A stretch of DNA of 64,000 bases, from positions 1 to 64,000 of IMG/VR virus record IMGVR_UViG_2974628631_000001. One strand, written 5' to 3'. Positions 7,774-17,616 of this stretch are shown here, in pieces (position 1 is the first letter of the stretch; every line of letters begins with the position of its first letter). Position numbers and translations under genes: made by a program. This DNA is from a virus (taxonomy: Duplodnaviria; Caudoviricetes). The notes under the pieces are model-generated. The model was not told the origin of the DNA. It saw only the letters and a list, made by a program, of their open reading frames with translations, and did no database searches.

Positions 7774-9717
7774 ATGGATTTCATCGACGCTACGGGCCGA
7801 ATCTCCGACCCTTATCGTAACTTTATCCACTTGTCTCGCTATTCACGATGGCTAGAAGACGAGGGACGTAGAGAAACTTGGGTTGAGACTGTTAACCGCT
7901 ATATGGATTTCATGCTTAACCATCTAAAGAAGAACAATGGTTATGAACCGCCAAAGGAACATATCAACTTGGTTCATAACTTCATCATGAATCACATGGC
8001 ACTTCCGTCCATGCGTGCTCTGATGACAGCAGGACCAGCTCTTGAGCGTAACAACATTGCAGGATACAACTGTTCTTATGTAGTTGTTGACAACCCAGTC
8101 GCATTCGATGAGATTCTTTATATTCTTATGAATGGAACTGGAGTTGGATTTTCCGCAGAGGAGCGTTATGTATCTCAGCTTCCAGTTATTCCGCAGCTTC
8201 ACGATTCTGAGAACACAATTGTTGTAGAGGACTCCAAGGAGGGCTGGGCACATGCCTACCACGACCTTGTTGCAGGTCTTTACAATGGAGTTATCCAGAA
8301 GTGGGATGTTAGCAAGGTTAGGCCAGCAGGCGCAAGACTTAAGACGTTCGGAGGCCGAGCATCTGGACCGGCACCGCTAGTTGAGCTATTTGAGTTTACC
8401 GTTTCAACATTCTTGAAGGCTCAGGGACGAAAGCTAACTGACCTTGAGGCTCACGACATTGTTTGTGAAATTGCTTCTGTCGTAGTAGTTGGCGGGGTTC
8501 GTCGTTCAGCCCTTATCTCTCTTGGCGACCTTGGTTCAGAAGGACATCGTACAGCAAAGTCGGGAGCTTGGTGGGAGAAGAATGGACAGCGTGCTCTAGC
8601 AAATAACTCAGCCGTTTTTGATTCAAAGCCTAGTCGTGAGGTGTTCGACAATGAGTGGCAGGCTCTAATTGATTCTGGCTCGGGTGAGAGGGGCATCTTC
8701 AACCGTGAAGCATCACGCAAGCAGGCAGCAAAGTTTGGCCGTAGAGACCATGATGTAGATTATGGAACAAACCCATGCTCTGAAATCATTCTTCGTCCAA
8801 ATCAGTTCTGCAACTTGTCAACTGTTGTAGTTGAGGCTGATGATGACTACATCACGCTTGCTGCAAAGGTTCGTGCAGCCACGATTCTTGGTACATGGCA
8901 GTCTACTTTGACTAACTTTAAGTACCTTCGACCATTGTGGAAGCAGAATACAGAGCAGGAAAGGCTTCTTGGCGTTTCAATGACCGGCCCATTTGGCAAT
9001 AAGTTGCTTAATGGAACTGTTTCATTCAGAAAGACTGAGGACGTTCTGGTTGCTTTGCGTTTCGAGGCCGTAAAGACCAATCAGATTGTTGCTGATGAGA
9101 TTGGAATTCCTCGTTCAGCAGCCATCACCTGTGTAAAGCCTGAGGGAACAACTTCTCAGCTTACCCTAACCTCTTCTGGATTGCACGCATGGCACAACGA
9201 TGAGTACATTCGCACTGTTCGAGGTGACCGAAAGGACCCACTGAGTCAGTTCCTTATCGATTCTGGCTTCCCATATGAGCCAGATGTCATGAATCCAGAG
9301 AATACGGTGGTATTTTCATTCCCAATCAAGGCTCCGGAGGGTGCAATTACTCGACAGGAGCTTGATGCCAAGCGTCACTTGGACCTATGGATGCTTTATC
9401 AGCGTGCATGGTGTGAGCACAAGCCTTCTGTCACTATTTATGTAAAGCCAGAAGAATGGGATGAGGTTGGTGATTGGGTTTATGATAACTTTGATGAGGT
9501 TTCGGGAATTTCCTTCCTTCCTCATTCAGAGCACACATACCAGCAGGCTCCATATCAGGATATCAGCAAGGAAGAGTATCTTGAATGGGTAGAGAGAATG
9601 CCCAAGGATGTTGACTGGGACATGCTTTCCTCATACGAGATTGAGGATACAACAACTGGAACGCAGGAGCTTGCTTGTACAGCAGGTGCTTGCGATGTAG
9701 TTGATATTTCAAAGTAA
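7774..9717 (+). CDS. nrdJ: Class II (B12-dependent) ribonucleotide reductase
   Basis: YNCS, GTGVG, GGVRRSA, TNPCSEI, VKPEGT, C-terminal CTAGAC; start set at the ATG after AGGAG. Confidence 0.92.
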   Translation: MDFIDATGRISDPYRNFIHLSRYSRWLEDEGRRETWVETVNRYMDFMLNHLKKNNGYEPPKEHINLVHNFIMNHMALPSMRALMTAGPALERNNIAGYNCSYVVVDNPVAFDEILYILMNGTGVGFSAEERYVSQLPVIPQLHDSENTIVVEDSKEGWAHAYHDLVAGLYNGVIQKWDVSKVRPAGARLKTFGGRASGPAPLVELFEFTVSTFLKAQGRKLTDLEAHDIVCEIASVVVVGGVRRSALISLGDLGSEGHRTAKSGAWWEKNGQRALANNSAVFDSKPSREVFDNEWQALIDSGSGERGIFNREASRKQAAKFGRRDHDVDYGTNPCSEIILRPNQFCNLSTVVVEADDDYITLAAKVRAATILGTWQSTLTNFKYLRPLWKQNTEQERLLGVSMTGPFGNKLLNGTVSFRKTEDVLVALRFEAVKTNQIVADEIGIPRSAAITCVKPEGTTSQLTLTSSGLHAWHNDEYIRTVRGDRKDPLSQFLIDSGFPYEPDVMNPENTVVFSFPIKAPEGAITRQELDAKRHLDLWMLYQRAWCEHKPSVTIYVKPEEWDEVGDWVYDNFDEVSGISFLPHSEHTYQQAPYQDISKEEYLEWVERMPKDVDWDMLSSYEIEDTTTGTQELACTAGACDVVDISK

Positions 9718-9727
9718 GAATTAGCTT

Positions 9728-9755
9728 AGAACCCCGCCAATTCGGCGGGGTTTCT
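9728..9755 (+). terminator. Intrinsic terminator
   Basis: AACCCCGCC-AATTC-GGCGGGGTTTCTTT. Confidence 0.85.
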
Positions 9756-9807
9756 TTGCGTTTATGAGCCTTAGCCCTTATACTATACAGAGGAGGTGAA
9801 AGACAAA

Positions 9808-10824
9808 ATGGCAACACCTATGACATCCTCACAGATTGTAGCTCAGCTAAAGAAGTGGGGAATTAAGTACGCAGAGTACAAGAGTTGGAAGACCCATAAT
9901 AGAAATCACATGGGAGCATGGGGTCCTGTAAACGGATTCATGGTTCACCACACAGGAAGTGATGGTAAGGACCAGCGCGCTCTCCTTTATGATGGAATTA
10001 GCGGACTACCAGGTCCACTCTGTCACTTTGGTCTTGCGCAGGACGGAACCGTTCATCTAGTTGGATGGGGCCGCGCAAATCATGCGGGGTCTGGTGACCC
10101 AGACGTTCTTAAGGCAGTTATTGATGAAAGTTACGGTGCTAACCCTCCAGTAGACAATCAGTCTTCTGTAGACGGAAATGCTCGTTTCTATGGCGTAGAG
10201 ATTTGGTATTCGGGTAGTCACAAGATGACAGATGCACAGTATGCAACGCTTCGTAAGCTAGCTGCTGCTATCTGTGACTTCCACGGATGGTCAGAAAAGA
10301 GCGTTATTGGTCACGGTGAATGGGGAAGCCCAGGAAAGTGGGACCCAGGTATTTCATCTGGAAAGATGATGAATATGGCAGAAGTTCGAGCGGACATCAA
10401 GGCAACACTTGGCGGAAGTAAGACTCCAGACCCAGTTCCATCAAAGCCAGCAGATTCAGCAAGCACTCACACAGTCGTAAAGGGAGAAACCCTTTACGCT
10501 ATTGCTTCTAAGTACAAGGTGAGTGTTGATAATCTAAAGAAGTGGAACAACCTTAAGTCAGATGAGCTGTCTATTGGACAGAAGCTCAACGTTAAGGCAC
10601 CAGCTTCTTCAGGAGGAGGAACACCAACAGTGGCAAAGAAGGACGCAACATATAAGTCTGTGTGGGACCTTGATGCAGCTACACCACCTAAGGGTCGTGA
10701 GACTGCAACAAACCCAACATGGGCACCAGCAAGCATTCTTCGTGGAATTTACGAAAACCTTGATGCATTGACAAAGAAGGTTGACGAGCTTTCCAAGAAG
10801 ATTGACGCTCTAGAATCTAAGTGA
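9808..10824 (+). CDS. Endolysin: N-acetylmuramoyl-L-alanine amidase + LysM
   Basis: HHTG, GRANHAG, GVEI, IGHGEW...KWDPG; LysM HTVVKGETLYAIA...LSIGQKL. Confidence 0.92.
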   Translation: MATPMTSSQIVAQLKKWGIKYAEYKSWKTHNRNHMGAWGPVNGFMVHHTGSDGKDQRALLYDGISGLPGPLCHFGLAQDGTVHLVGWGRANHAGSGDPDVLKAVIDESYGANPPVDNQSSVDGNARFYGVEIWYSGSHKMTDAQYATLRKLAAAICDFHGWSEKSVIGHGEWGSPGKWDPGISSGKMMNMAEVRADIKATLGGSKTPDPVPSKPADSASTHTVVKGETLYAIASKYKVSVDNLKKWNNLKSDELSIGQKLNVKAPASSGGGTPTVAKKDATYKSVWDLDAATPPKGRETATNPTWAPASILRGIYENLDALTKKVDELSKKIDALESK

Positions 10825-10830
10825 TACAAT
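10802..10830 (+). promoter_or_regulatory. Promoter at the 3' end of the endolysin gene
   Basis: TTGACG-17-TACAAT. Confidence 0.7.
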
Positions 10831-10836
10831 GTAAGT

Positions 10837-10938
10837 GCAGCCTATGGAAATGAGTCCGGGTTGTCTAGGGCGCTAAGTGCAGCGCATCTTAGGATGTTTA
10901 TACTTACCGACTAACCCTCGCCTTTGGGCGGGGGTTTT
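10837..10938 (+). ncRNA. Candidate structured small RNA
   Basis: Bounded by the promoter and terminator; stems GCAGCCT/GGGTTGT and GCGCT/AGCGC; only a 10-codon ORF inside. Confidence 0.45.
10914..10938 (+). terminator. Intrinsic terminator
   Basis: ACCCTCGCC-TTTG-GGCGGGGGT-TTT. Confidence 0.85.
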
Positions 10939-10974
10939 GTCGTTTCTCTATAAGTGCGATATACTTTAATTACC

Positions 10975-12696
10975 ATGACTTACATTTACTATGCACTGAG
11001 AGAGGGACCTATTGGATTGTGGTCTTTCGACAGTCTTCCACTAAACGATAGTTCCGGATATGGTAATAATGCTACTTACTCAGGAACTCCAACGACAACC
11101 CGCCCAATTGTTGCGGGTGGCGTCGCTGCTCAGCATGTAGATGCTGGAGACACAATCAATTATCCAATTTCATCTATTATGATTCAGGGTAGAGAGAGCA
11201 GAAGCTTTTCTCTAGAAGCTTGGATTAAGCCACAGAGTGGAACAGCAGCTCTGATGGTTAGAGATAACAGTGGCCTGTTCCTTGACGACCTTGTTCTTAG
11301 ATTCACAGTAGATTTCGGAACAGAAATCAGTGTCGAATACAACCATTTGAATGCTGGAGAAATCTATCATGTTGTTGCGACATACGATGGCCAATCTATT
11401 CTATTGTTTGTGAATGGCCAGATGGTTGCTGGTCAGAATATCGACCAGACATTGATTTTGGCGGGGTTCGATGATACCACTACAAATCTCAAGACCACAA
11501 TGTCCTCATCAATGGTTATGGATACACCAGCAGTGTACAACTATGCACTCGATGTATCTGCAATCAATAGGCATTATCTGTATGGAACCAACTATCCAGA
11601 GGTAGTAAATCTATCTACAATCAATGGTGGCAAATATTATGTATTCTCTGACTCGGCCACATCAATTTACGAAAGCCTGTCCTTTGGAGGCGAAGATTCT
11701 TGGAACCTCGGGCTTATGGATACAACCGTTACCTCTGTAGATAACAGATTGGTAAATGTCTACGATGAAACAGCAACGGAGTGGCTTGGTGGAACGTGGA
11801 CCTATCAGTTCTCTGTAGACCCAGAAACCGGCGCGGGTATCACACTGAACGGCTCAAAGATTACATGGAACTCAAGTGTGCCAATCACCGTAGAAACATC
11901 AACAGATGACACTACATGGACTCCTGTTTCGAACAGTGACTCTATCCTAGGAGTCGTTAATCTATCAACAGGCTATGCAATCTCCATTAGAATCACTCTA
12001 CCTAACACAGTCGATGAGCAAGCATTCGTTGATAATCTTGACATCGTATTCTACACCAGCAAGACAGTGCTGGGAAGTGATGAGTCTTTGCCAGCGACAT
12101 TCGTAAATCCCCTGACAGTCAAGATTGCCAGGGACGATTACAAGCCTGCTAGTTTTAATGACAACGCCGGGGTTGTGCTTCCAGCAGGTAGCGGACTGTC
12201 CATCCCAGCAGACACCGACTTTGACCCATACTACGCAGTAGAAGCAACAGTAAAGTTTGATTCAAGTACTCCAAGCAAGACAGTCCTATCACTTGGTACA
12301 GCTTCTATCACTTCAAATGGAAGTGGTCAGTGGACATTCACAGGATTGTCAGCACTTTATGTAGATGGAACATCTGTTGCTTCACCGTTCACTATCAGTT
12401 CTGAAAAATGGCATCACGTACTAGCTGTTCTTGCTTCACCTCAGACAGCCTTTGTATATGTAGGAAGCGATTCTGGTGGTGCTTCAAATTACCCAATGCG
12501 TGTTGGCTATCTCGCTCTCTATGCTTCCGACATCAGCCCTTCAATGGCTGATGCCATCTACGATACTTGGGTAGGAACTTCTGCAATTCAGATTCAAGAG
12601 CCTGATGTTTCTATCATTGAAGAGTCTCCATTCTCTACGACAGGAGTTGCATTCAGAGCATATACCTTTGATTGGTCAATTACTGGAGCTGGATAA
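10975..12696 (+). CDS. LamG/ConA-like lectin-domain virion protein
   Basis: SFSLEAWIKP, YHVVATYDG..LLFVNG, WHHVL; Ser/Thr-rich beta protein. Confidence 0.75.
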   Translation: MTYIYYALREGPIGLWSFDSLPLNDSSGYGNNATYSGTPTTTRPIVAGGVAAQHVDAGDTINYPISSIMIQGRESRSFSLEAWIKPQSGTAALMVRDNSGLFLDDLVLRFTVDFGTEISVEYNHLNAGEIYHVVATYDGQSILLFVNGQMVAGQNIDQTLILAGFDDTTTNLKTTMSSSMVMDTPAVYNYALDVSAINRHYLYGTNYPEVVNLSTINGGKYYVFSDSATSIYESLSFGGEDSWNLGLMDTTVTSVDNRLVNVYDETATEWLGGTWTYQFSVDPETGAGITLNGSKITWNSSVPITVETSTDDTTWTPVSNSDSILGVVNLSTGYAISIRITLPNTVDEQAFVDNLDIVFYTSKTVLGSDESLPATFVNPLTVKIARDDYKPASFNDNAGVVLPAGSGLSIPADTDFDPYYAVEATVKFDSSTPSKTVLSLGTASITSNGSGQWTFTGLSALYVDGTSVASPFTISSEKWHHVLAVLASPQTAFVYVGSDSGGASNYPMRVGYLALYASDISPSMADAIYDTWVGTSAIQIQEPDVSIIEESPFSTTGVAFRAYTFDWSITGAG

Positions 12697-12791
12697 CCAA
12701 TTCAGTGACAAAACTTGCCTCTAGAAGCTAATTATGACGCAAAACTTGCCTTAATTTGCTCATAGGCAAGGATAAAGGTATAATTCTTTCT

Positions 12792-13109
12792 ATGAAGACT
12801 ACACGAAAGCAAATGGTAGAAGAGGTCCCCTGGGGAGTTTATGTCTGGGAAATGCCTGATGGTCGCTGGATTGGCGACGATGACGGTAATTTCTTGAACA
12901 TTGCGGCTATGAAGGGTGACCAGAAGCGCATTCAGCAGTTGAAGGACACTGTGCGCTCTTATGGTATCACCGAAGGTAAGCCATTCTATCTGTCAGGACA
13001 CCGACAGGTAAATGATGAAGAATTTGAGGAGCAGAAGCGCCGTATGGCATTTGGTTTGGTTCCGGATGAGCTTGACGTTGCCGCTTGGAGAGAGGATTTG
13101 GCTAGGTAA
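12792..13109 (+). CDS. Hypothetical protein upstream of portal
   Basis: Leaderless ATG 7 nt after TATAAT; stop overlaps portal start. Confidence 0.75.
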   Translation: MKTTRKQMVEEVPWGVYVWEMPDGRWIGDDDGNFLNIAAMKGDQKRIQQLKDTVRSYGITEGKPFYLSGHRQVNDEEFEEQKRRMAFGLVPDELDVAAWREDLAR

Positions 13110-14692
13110 TGACAAATAAGGTTGTATCAGCCGAAGATGAGGCCAGAGAAATTGAAGTAAAGGTGGGTTCAATTGTCGAATACCGCGCTTCATCTGAGGA
13201 AGTAGATGTATTCTCTAAGTCCGCTAACGAGGTTCGTAAGATGGACGGAATTACTCCTGCCCTAAAGCGTAGAACCACCCGAGAATTGCAGAAGTTCCAG
13301 CGAGGAACCGGTGGAGCCAAGACCAAGCGTGAAGAGCGAGACGAGATTACAGGATACAACCTGTTTGAGGTGGTAATGCCACCGTACAACCTTGACTATC
13401 TCGCAGCTCTGTATGAGAAGTCGTCTCCACATGCCGCAGCAGTAAAGGCTAAGGTGAAGAATATTGCCGGGTTGGGATACCAGTTCGTAGAATCAGAAGC
13501 CACCAAGGAAAAGCTAGACGAGATTGAAGGAGACGAAGACAAGCTAAAGAAGCTTCGTCGTAAGCTCTCCAGAGGTCGTCGTGAACTAAACGACTGGCTT
13601 GATTCGTGTAATGAGGAAGATGAGTTCGATGAGACACTATCAAAGCTCTGGACCGATTACGAGACGACTGGAAATGCCTACCTTGAGGTAGGTCGAAAGA
13701 ATACTGGAGAGATTGGGTACATTGGTCATATTCCATCAACAACACTGCGAATCAGAAAGCAGCGAGACGGATTTGTTCAGATTATCTCCAATCGAGCAGT
13801 ATTCTTCAGAAACTTCGGGGACAAGGAAACTACTGACCCTATTGGTCATGACCCTCGCCCCAATGAGATTATCCACCTGAAGAAGTACACTCCTACTCAT
13901 GGATATTATGGTGTTCCGGACATCATTTCAGCCATGACAGCAGTTACAGGAAATGAATTCTCTGCACGCTTCAACCTTGATTATTTTGAGAACAAGGCTG
14001 TCCCTCGTTACGTTATCGTAATTAAGGGTGGTAATCTATCAGCAAGGTCGGAGCAGCAGATTCTTGAATTCTTCCAGGCTTCTTTGAAGGGTAAGAATCA
14101 CAGAACTCTATATGTTCCTCTTCCAGCAGATGAAGAGGGCAAGAAGGTTTCATTCGAAATGAAGCCAGTAGAGACAGGAACCCAGGATTCTTCGTTCAAC
14201 AATTACCGTAAGGGAAACTTGAATGAGATTCTTATGGCGCATGGTGTTCCTATTTCAAAGGTATCTCTCGGTGAAGGTGTCTCACTTGCAGCCGCGCGAG
14301 ATGCTGACAAGACATTCAAGGAGCAAGTATGTCGTCCAGACCAGCGCGTCCTTGAAAAGAAGTTGAACAAGGTTGTCAAGGAATTGACCGATGTGTTTGT
14401 TCTGAAGCTCAATGAGCTTTCACTTACTGATGAAGACACTCAGTCAAAGATTGATGAGCGATACCTACGTCTCGGAACCTACCTACCAAACGAGGTTCGT
14501 GCTCGAAAGGGTATGCCTGGTATTAAGGGCGGAGACAAGCCGGTGGAACTTAAGCCTCAGCAGGCGGCAGAGGCCAAGACACAGGCTTCAGGTAATAGAA
14601 AGAGAGACCAGGAGCGTTCAGGCAACTCGACTGATTCTGCGTCTTCAACAAATACTCGAAATCCACAGGGAGAAGGAAGACAGACCGCCTAA
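13109..14692 (+). CDS. Portal protein
   Basis: 527 aa; DYETTGNAYLEV, EIIHLK, YYGVP, EILMAHGVP, NEVRA; position in the head module. Confidence 0.9.
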   Translation: MTNKVVSAEDEAREIEVKVGSIVEYRASSEEVDVFSKSANEVRKMDGITPALKRRTTRELQKFQRGTGGAKTKREERDEITGYNLFEVVMPPYNLDYLAALYEKSSPHAAAVKAKVKNIAGLGYQFVESEATKEKLDEIEGDEDKLKKLRRKLSRGRRELNDWLDSCNEEDEFDETLSKLWTDYETTGNAYLEVGRKNTGEIGYIGHIPSTTLRIRKQRDGFVQIISNRAVFFRNFGDKETTDPIGHDPRPNEIIHLKKYTPTHGYYGVPDIISAMTAVTGNEFSARFNLDYFENKAVPRYVIVIKGGNLSARSEQQILEFFQASLKGKNHRTLYVPLPADEEGKKVSFEMKPVETGTQDSSFNNYRKGNLNEILMAHGVPISKVSLGEGVSLAAARDADKTFKEQVCRPDQRVLEKKLNKVVKELTDVFVLKLNELSLTDEDTQSKIDERYLRLGTYLPNEVRARKGMPGIKGGDKPVELKPQQAAEAKTQASGNRKRDQERSGNSTDSASSTNTRNPQGEGRQTA

Positions 14693-14697
14693 TATAA

Positions 14698-15129
14698 ATG
14701 AACTTTCTAAGAAGGGCTTGGGAGAGTCTGGCATTTGCATTGTCCAGACCGATTAATAAGGTAGCCGCAGTAACTCTATCCGTATATACGTTTCTCTGGG
14801 GGTGCTGGCTTGCCAACCCCTTCTGGAATGTATTTGAGGGTTCACAGGTTTACTCTTGGCTAGATTCTGTAGGAAACGAATACTTCTGGGGCGGATTGGC
14901 GATTTCCGTAGGCTTGATTATGACCTACGGAGTCGTCCGTTCCTCAGAGAACTCACTAACGATTGGAGCGTTTGTTGGCTTTATTCATTGGCTATTGATT
15001 TCAATGGGATATTTCGCGGGTGATTGGCACAACACAGGAGGCATCACTTCTCTTGCGATGGCTATTTACTGTGGTGCTATCTATCTAAACCTGCGATTCG
15101 TACATTTCAATCAAACTCGTCAGGAATAA
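14698..15129 (+). CDS. Membrane protein (about 4 TM)
   Basis: Four hydrophobic segments. Confidence 0.75.
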   Translation: MNFLRRAWESLAFALSRPINKVAAVTLSVYTFLWGCWLANPFWNVFEGSQVYSWLDSVGNEYFWGGLAISVGLIMTYGVVRSSENSLTIGAFVGFIHWLLISMGYFAGDWHNTGGITSLAMAIYCGAIYLNLRFVHFNQTRQE

Positions 15130-15165
15130 TTTGCCTTTTTAAAAGGCGGCTGATAATATAACACT

Positions 15166-16485
15166 ATGGAGATTAAGAAGGCTCATTGGGCTTCAGATGG
15201 CGAGAATGTTCGCCTTACGATGCCACTTTCTAAGGTTGATAAGGAGAACCGCCTGGTTTCAGGTTGGGCTTCTCTAGACAACGCTGATAGCCAGGGAGAT
15301 GTAGTTCTCAAGGAGGCTAACCAGCGTGCTTTCAGCCGCTTCCGTGGAAACATCCGTGAAATGCATCAGCCTGTGGCTGTTGGACGCATGGTTGATTTCA
15401 AGGAAGACTCCTACTTCGACCAGGAGACACAGAAGTTCTATAACGGAATCTTCGTTACAGTGTATGTGTCTAAGGGTGCGCAGGATACCTGGGAAAAGGT
15501 TCTTGACGGAACGCTCCAGGGATTTTCTATCGGCGGAGCCATTATTGATGCTGAGACACAGTGGGTAAAGGATGTCGGTAAGGCAATCCGCTTTGTCAAG
15601 GACTATGAACTAGTCGAGCTAAGCTTGGTAGATTCTCCAGCAAATCAGCTTGCAAATGTGTTCTCCATTACAAAGGCTGCTGACGGCAGTCAGGTAATGA
15701 AGGGCATGGTAGCAGATACTCGTTCTGAGAACGTTTTCTACTGTGAGCAGGATGGTATTGCTAAGACTTCCACTGATGATAACGCTAACTGCGGAAATTG
15801 CGGAAACGCAATGGATAACATCGGATGGTTTGAGTACGGCAGCGAAGATGACAAGACTGAAAAGGTTAAGTCTCTTATCGCTGAGCGTAATTCTTCTACT
15901 ACGAGCGGTTCAGAGGAAGAACCAATCGCTAAGCAGGAAACTGCACAAAACGAAGGAGGTGTAATCGTGGCAGAAGAGAACAAGACTCCTGAGACTGAGG
16001 TAGCGCCGGGCTCTACTACAACTGAGGTAAACGAGGTTGATGAGCAGGGCAAGGCAGAGACCGAGGTTGAGTCAAGCACAGAGACCGTAGCTGAAAAGGC
16101 TGAGGACGAGAAGAAGGACGAGACCGCTGATAACTCAGAGGTTTCTGACGAGCCAGACATTTCAAAGATGTTCGGTGACCTACAGTCAGCTATTCAGTCT
16201 GGCCTTGAGAAGAATGCAAAGGCAACCGACGAGGCAATCGAGAAGGCAAGCAAGGCATTCGAGGACAAGGTAAATGAGCTTGTAAAGAAGCACGACGAGC
16301 TTGTAAATAAGTTTGAGTCTCTACAGACCGACATTGGTAGCGTTGAAAAGCGTCTAGATGGTGTTGAGTCCGAGACTGCTATGAAGAAGTCCGGCGACCT
16401 AGGCGGGTCAACGGAGGATACCCTACAAAAGAGTAAGGGTTCTAAGTGGGGCGGGCGCTTCCTCGGCCTTTCCGACCTACAGTAA
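15166..16485 (+). CDS. Capsid maturation protease fused to an acidic/coiled-coil scaffold
   Basis: VSGWAS, DSQGD, IREMH, GFSIGG, ELSLVDSPAN; acidic C-terminal coil. Confidence 0.88.
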   Translation: MEIKKAHWASDGENVRLTMPLSKVDKENRLVSGWASLDNADSQGDVVLKEANQRAFSRFRGNIREMHQPVAVGRMVDFKEDSYFDQETQKFYNGIFVTVYVSKGAQDTWEKVLDGTLQGFSIGGAIIDAETQWVKDVGKAIRFVKDYELVELSLVDSPANQLANVFSITKAADGSQVMKGMVADTRSENVFYCEQDGIAKTSTDDNANCGNCGNAMDNIGWFEYGSEDDKTEKVKSLIAERNSSTTSGSEEEPIAKQETAQNEGGVIVAEENKTPETEVAPGSTTTEVNEVDEQGKAETEVESSTETVAEKAEDEKKDETADNSEVSDEPDISKMFGDLQSAIQSGLEKNAKATDEAIEKASKAFEDKVNELVKKHDELVNKFESLQTDIGSVEKRLDGVESETAMKKSGDLGGSTEDTLQKSKGSKWGGRFLGLSDLQ

Positions 16486-16520
16486 AATATTCCTAGGAAA
16501 TATGGAGGTGACACAAACAA

Positions 16521-17516
16521 ATGAGTAATGAATTGCTAGAGAAGGTTATCCGTACCACCGAGGTTGGTGCTGGTGGTGGTGGTCTTCTTAACGCTGAGCA
16601 GGCTGACCGCTTCATTGATTACATGTGGGATGCGACTGTACTTGGTTCCCAGGTACGTACAATCCGTATGCGAGCAACTGAGGTGGACATCGACAAGGTT
16701 GGTGTTGGAGAGCGTCTAATGCGTGTTGCTACTGAGGCTGTTGACGATGGTGTCAACGCTGGAGCAGTATTCACGAAGATTTCTCTAACCACGAAGAAGT
16801 TGCGTCTTGACTGGGAGCTTTCAACCGAGTCTCTTGAGGACAACCTTGAGGGCGAGGCTCTTGAGGACCACATTGCACGCCTTATGGCTACGCAGGCTGG
16901 TAACGACATTGAGGATGTTGCTATTAACGGTAACACCGCTTTGACTTCTGACCCGCTAATGAAGGCATTCGACGGTTGGCGTAAGCTAGCCCTTGCAGGT
17001 GGTCACGTTGTTGACCACGGTGGACAGCCACTTAACCGTGCTGCTGCCAACAAGGCACTTAAGGCTATGCCACGTAAGTACATGCAGCGCCGTAACGGTC
17101 TTAAGTTCTTCACGGGTTCTAACCTAATTCAGGATTACCTATACGGTCTTACACAGACTGCTTCTGGCCTAATCAGCCTTGAGCAGGTTGCACAGAACGT
17201 AACGCAGAACGGTGTTCGCACAGAGGGTGCGGCTGGTTTCACCAGTCAGGCAATCTTCGGTGTTCCTGTACAGGAGGTGCCACTGTTCCTTGAGACTCTT
17301 GACGGAGACTACTCAGGACAGACAGGTGACCACGGTGACCTATGGCTAACATTCCCTAAGAACATGCTTTGGGGTGTAAAGCGAGAGATTCAGGTCTACC
17401 GCGAGTTCAAGCCAAAGAAGGACACCATCGAGTACACAATGTACTGCCGTGTTGGTACACAGATTGAGAATGCAGACGCTTTCGTCGTTGTAAAGAACGT
17501 CAAGGTTTCTTCATAA
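16521..17516 (+). CDS. Major capsid protein (HK97 fold)
   Basis: GGLLNAEQADRFI, ELSTESLEDN, INGN; strong SD; followed by a terminator. Confidence 0.9.
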   Translation: MSNELLEKVIRTTEVGAGGGGLLNAEQADRFIDYMWDATVLGSQVRTIRMRATEVDIDKVGVGERLMRVATEAVDDGVNAGAVFTKISLTTKKLRLDWELSTESLEDNLEGEALEDHIARLMATQAGNDIEDVAINGNTALTSDPLMKAFDGWRKLALAGGHVVDHGGQPLNRAAANKALKAMPRKYMQRRNGLKFFTGSNLIQDYLYGLTQTASGLISLEQVAQNVTQNGVRTEGAAGFTSQAIFGVPVQEVPLFLETLDGDYSGQTGDHGDLWLTFPKNMLWGVKREIQVYREFKPKKDTIEYTMYCRVGTQIENADAFVVVKNVKVSS

Positions 17517-17528
17517 TAGATTCTGTCT

Positions 17529-17563
17529 GACAAAACCCCGCCCGAAATGGGCGGGGTTTTGTC
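17529..17563 (+). terminator. Intrinsic terminator (perfect 15-bp stem)
   Basis: GACAAAACCCCGCCC-GAAAT-GGGCGGGGTTTTGTC. Confidence 0.9.
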
Positions 17564-17616
17564 GTTGAAGCACTTCTCTGCTATAATGAAACCACAACAG
17601 GAGGAATATCACTTAA

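Noticed and set aside
10846-10911. Resemblance of the sRNA candidate to a c-di-GMP-II riboswitch or hammerhead
   Set aside because: Only scattered words match; no kink-turn/pseudoknot or CUGANGA core
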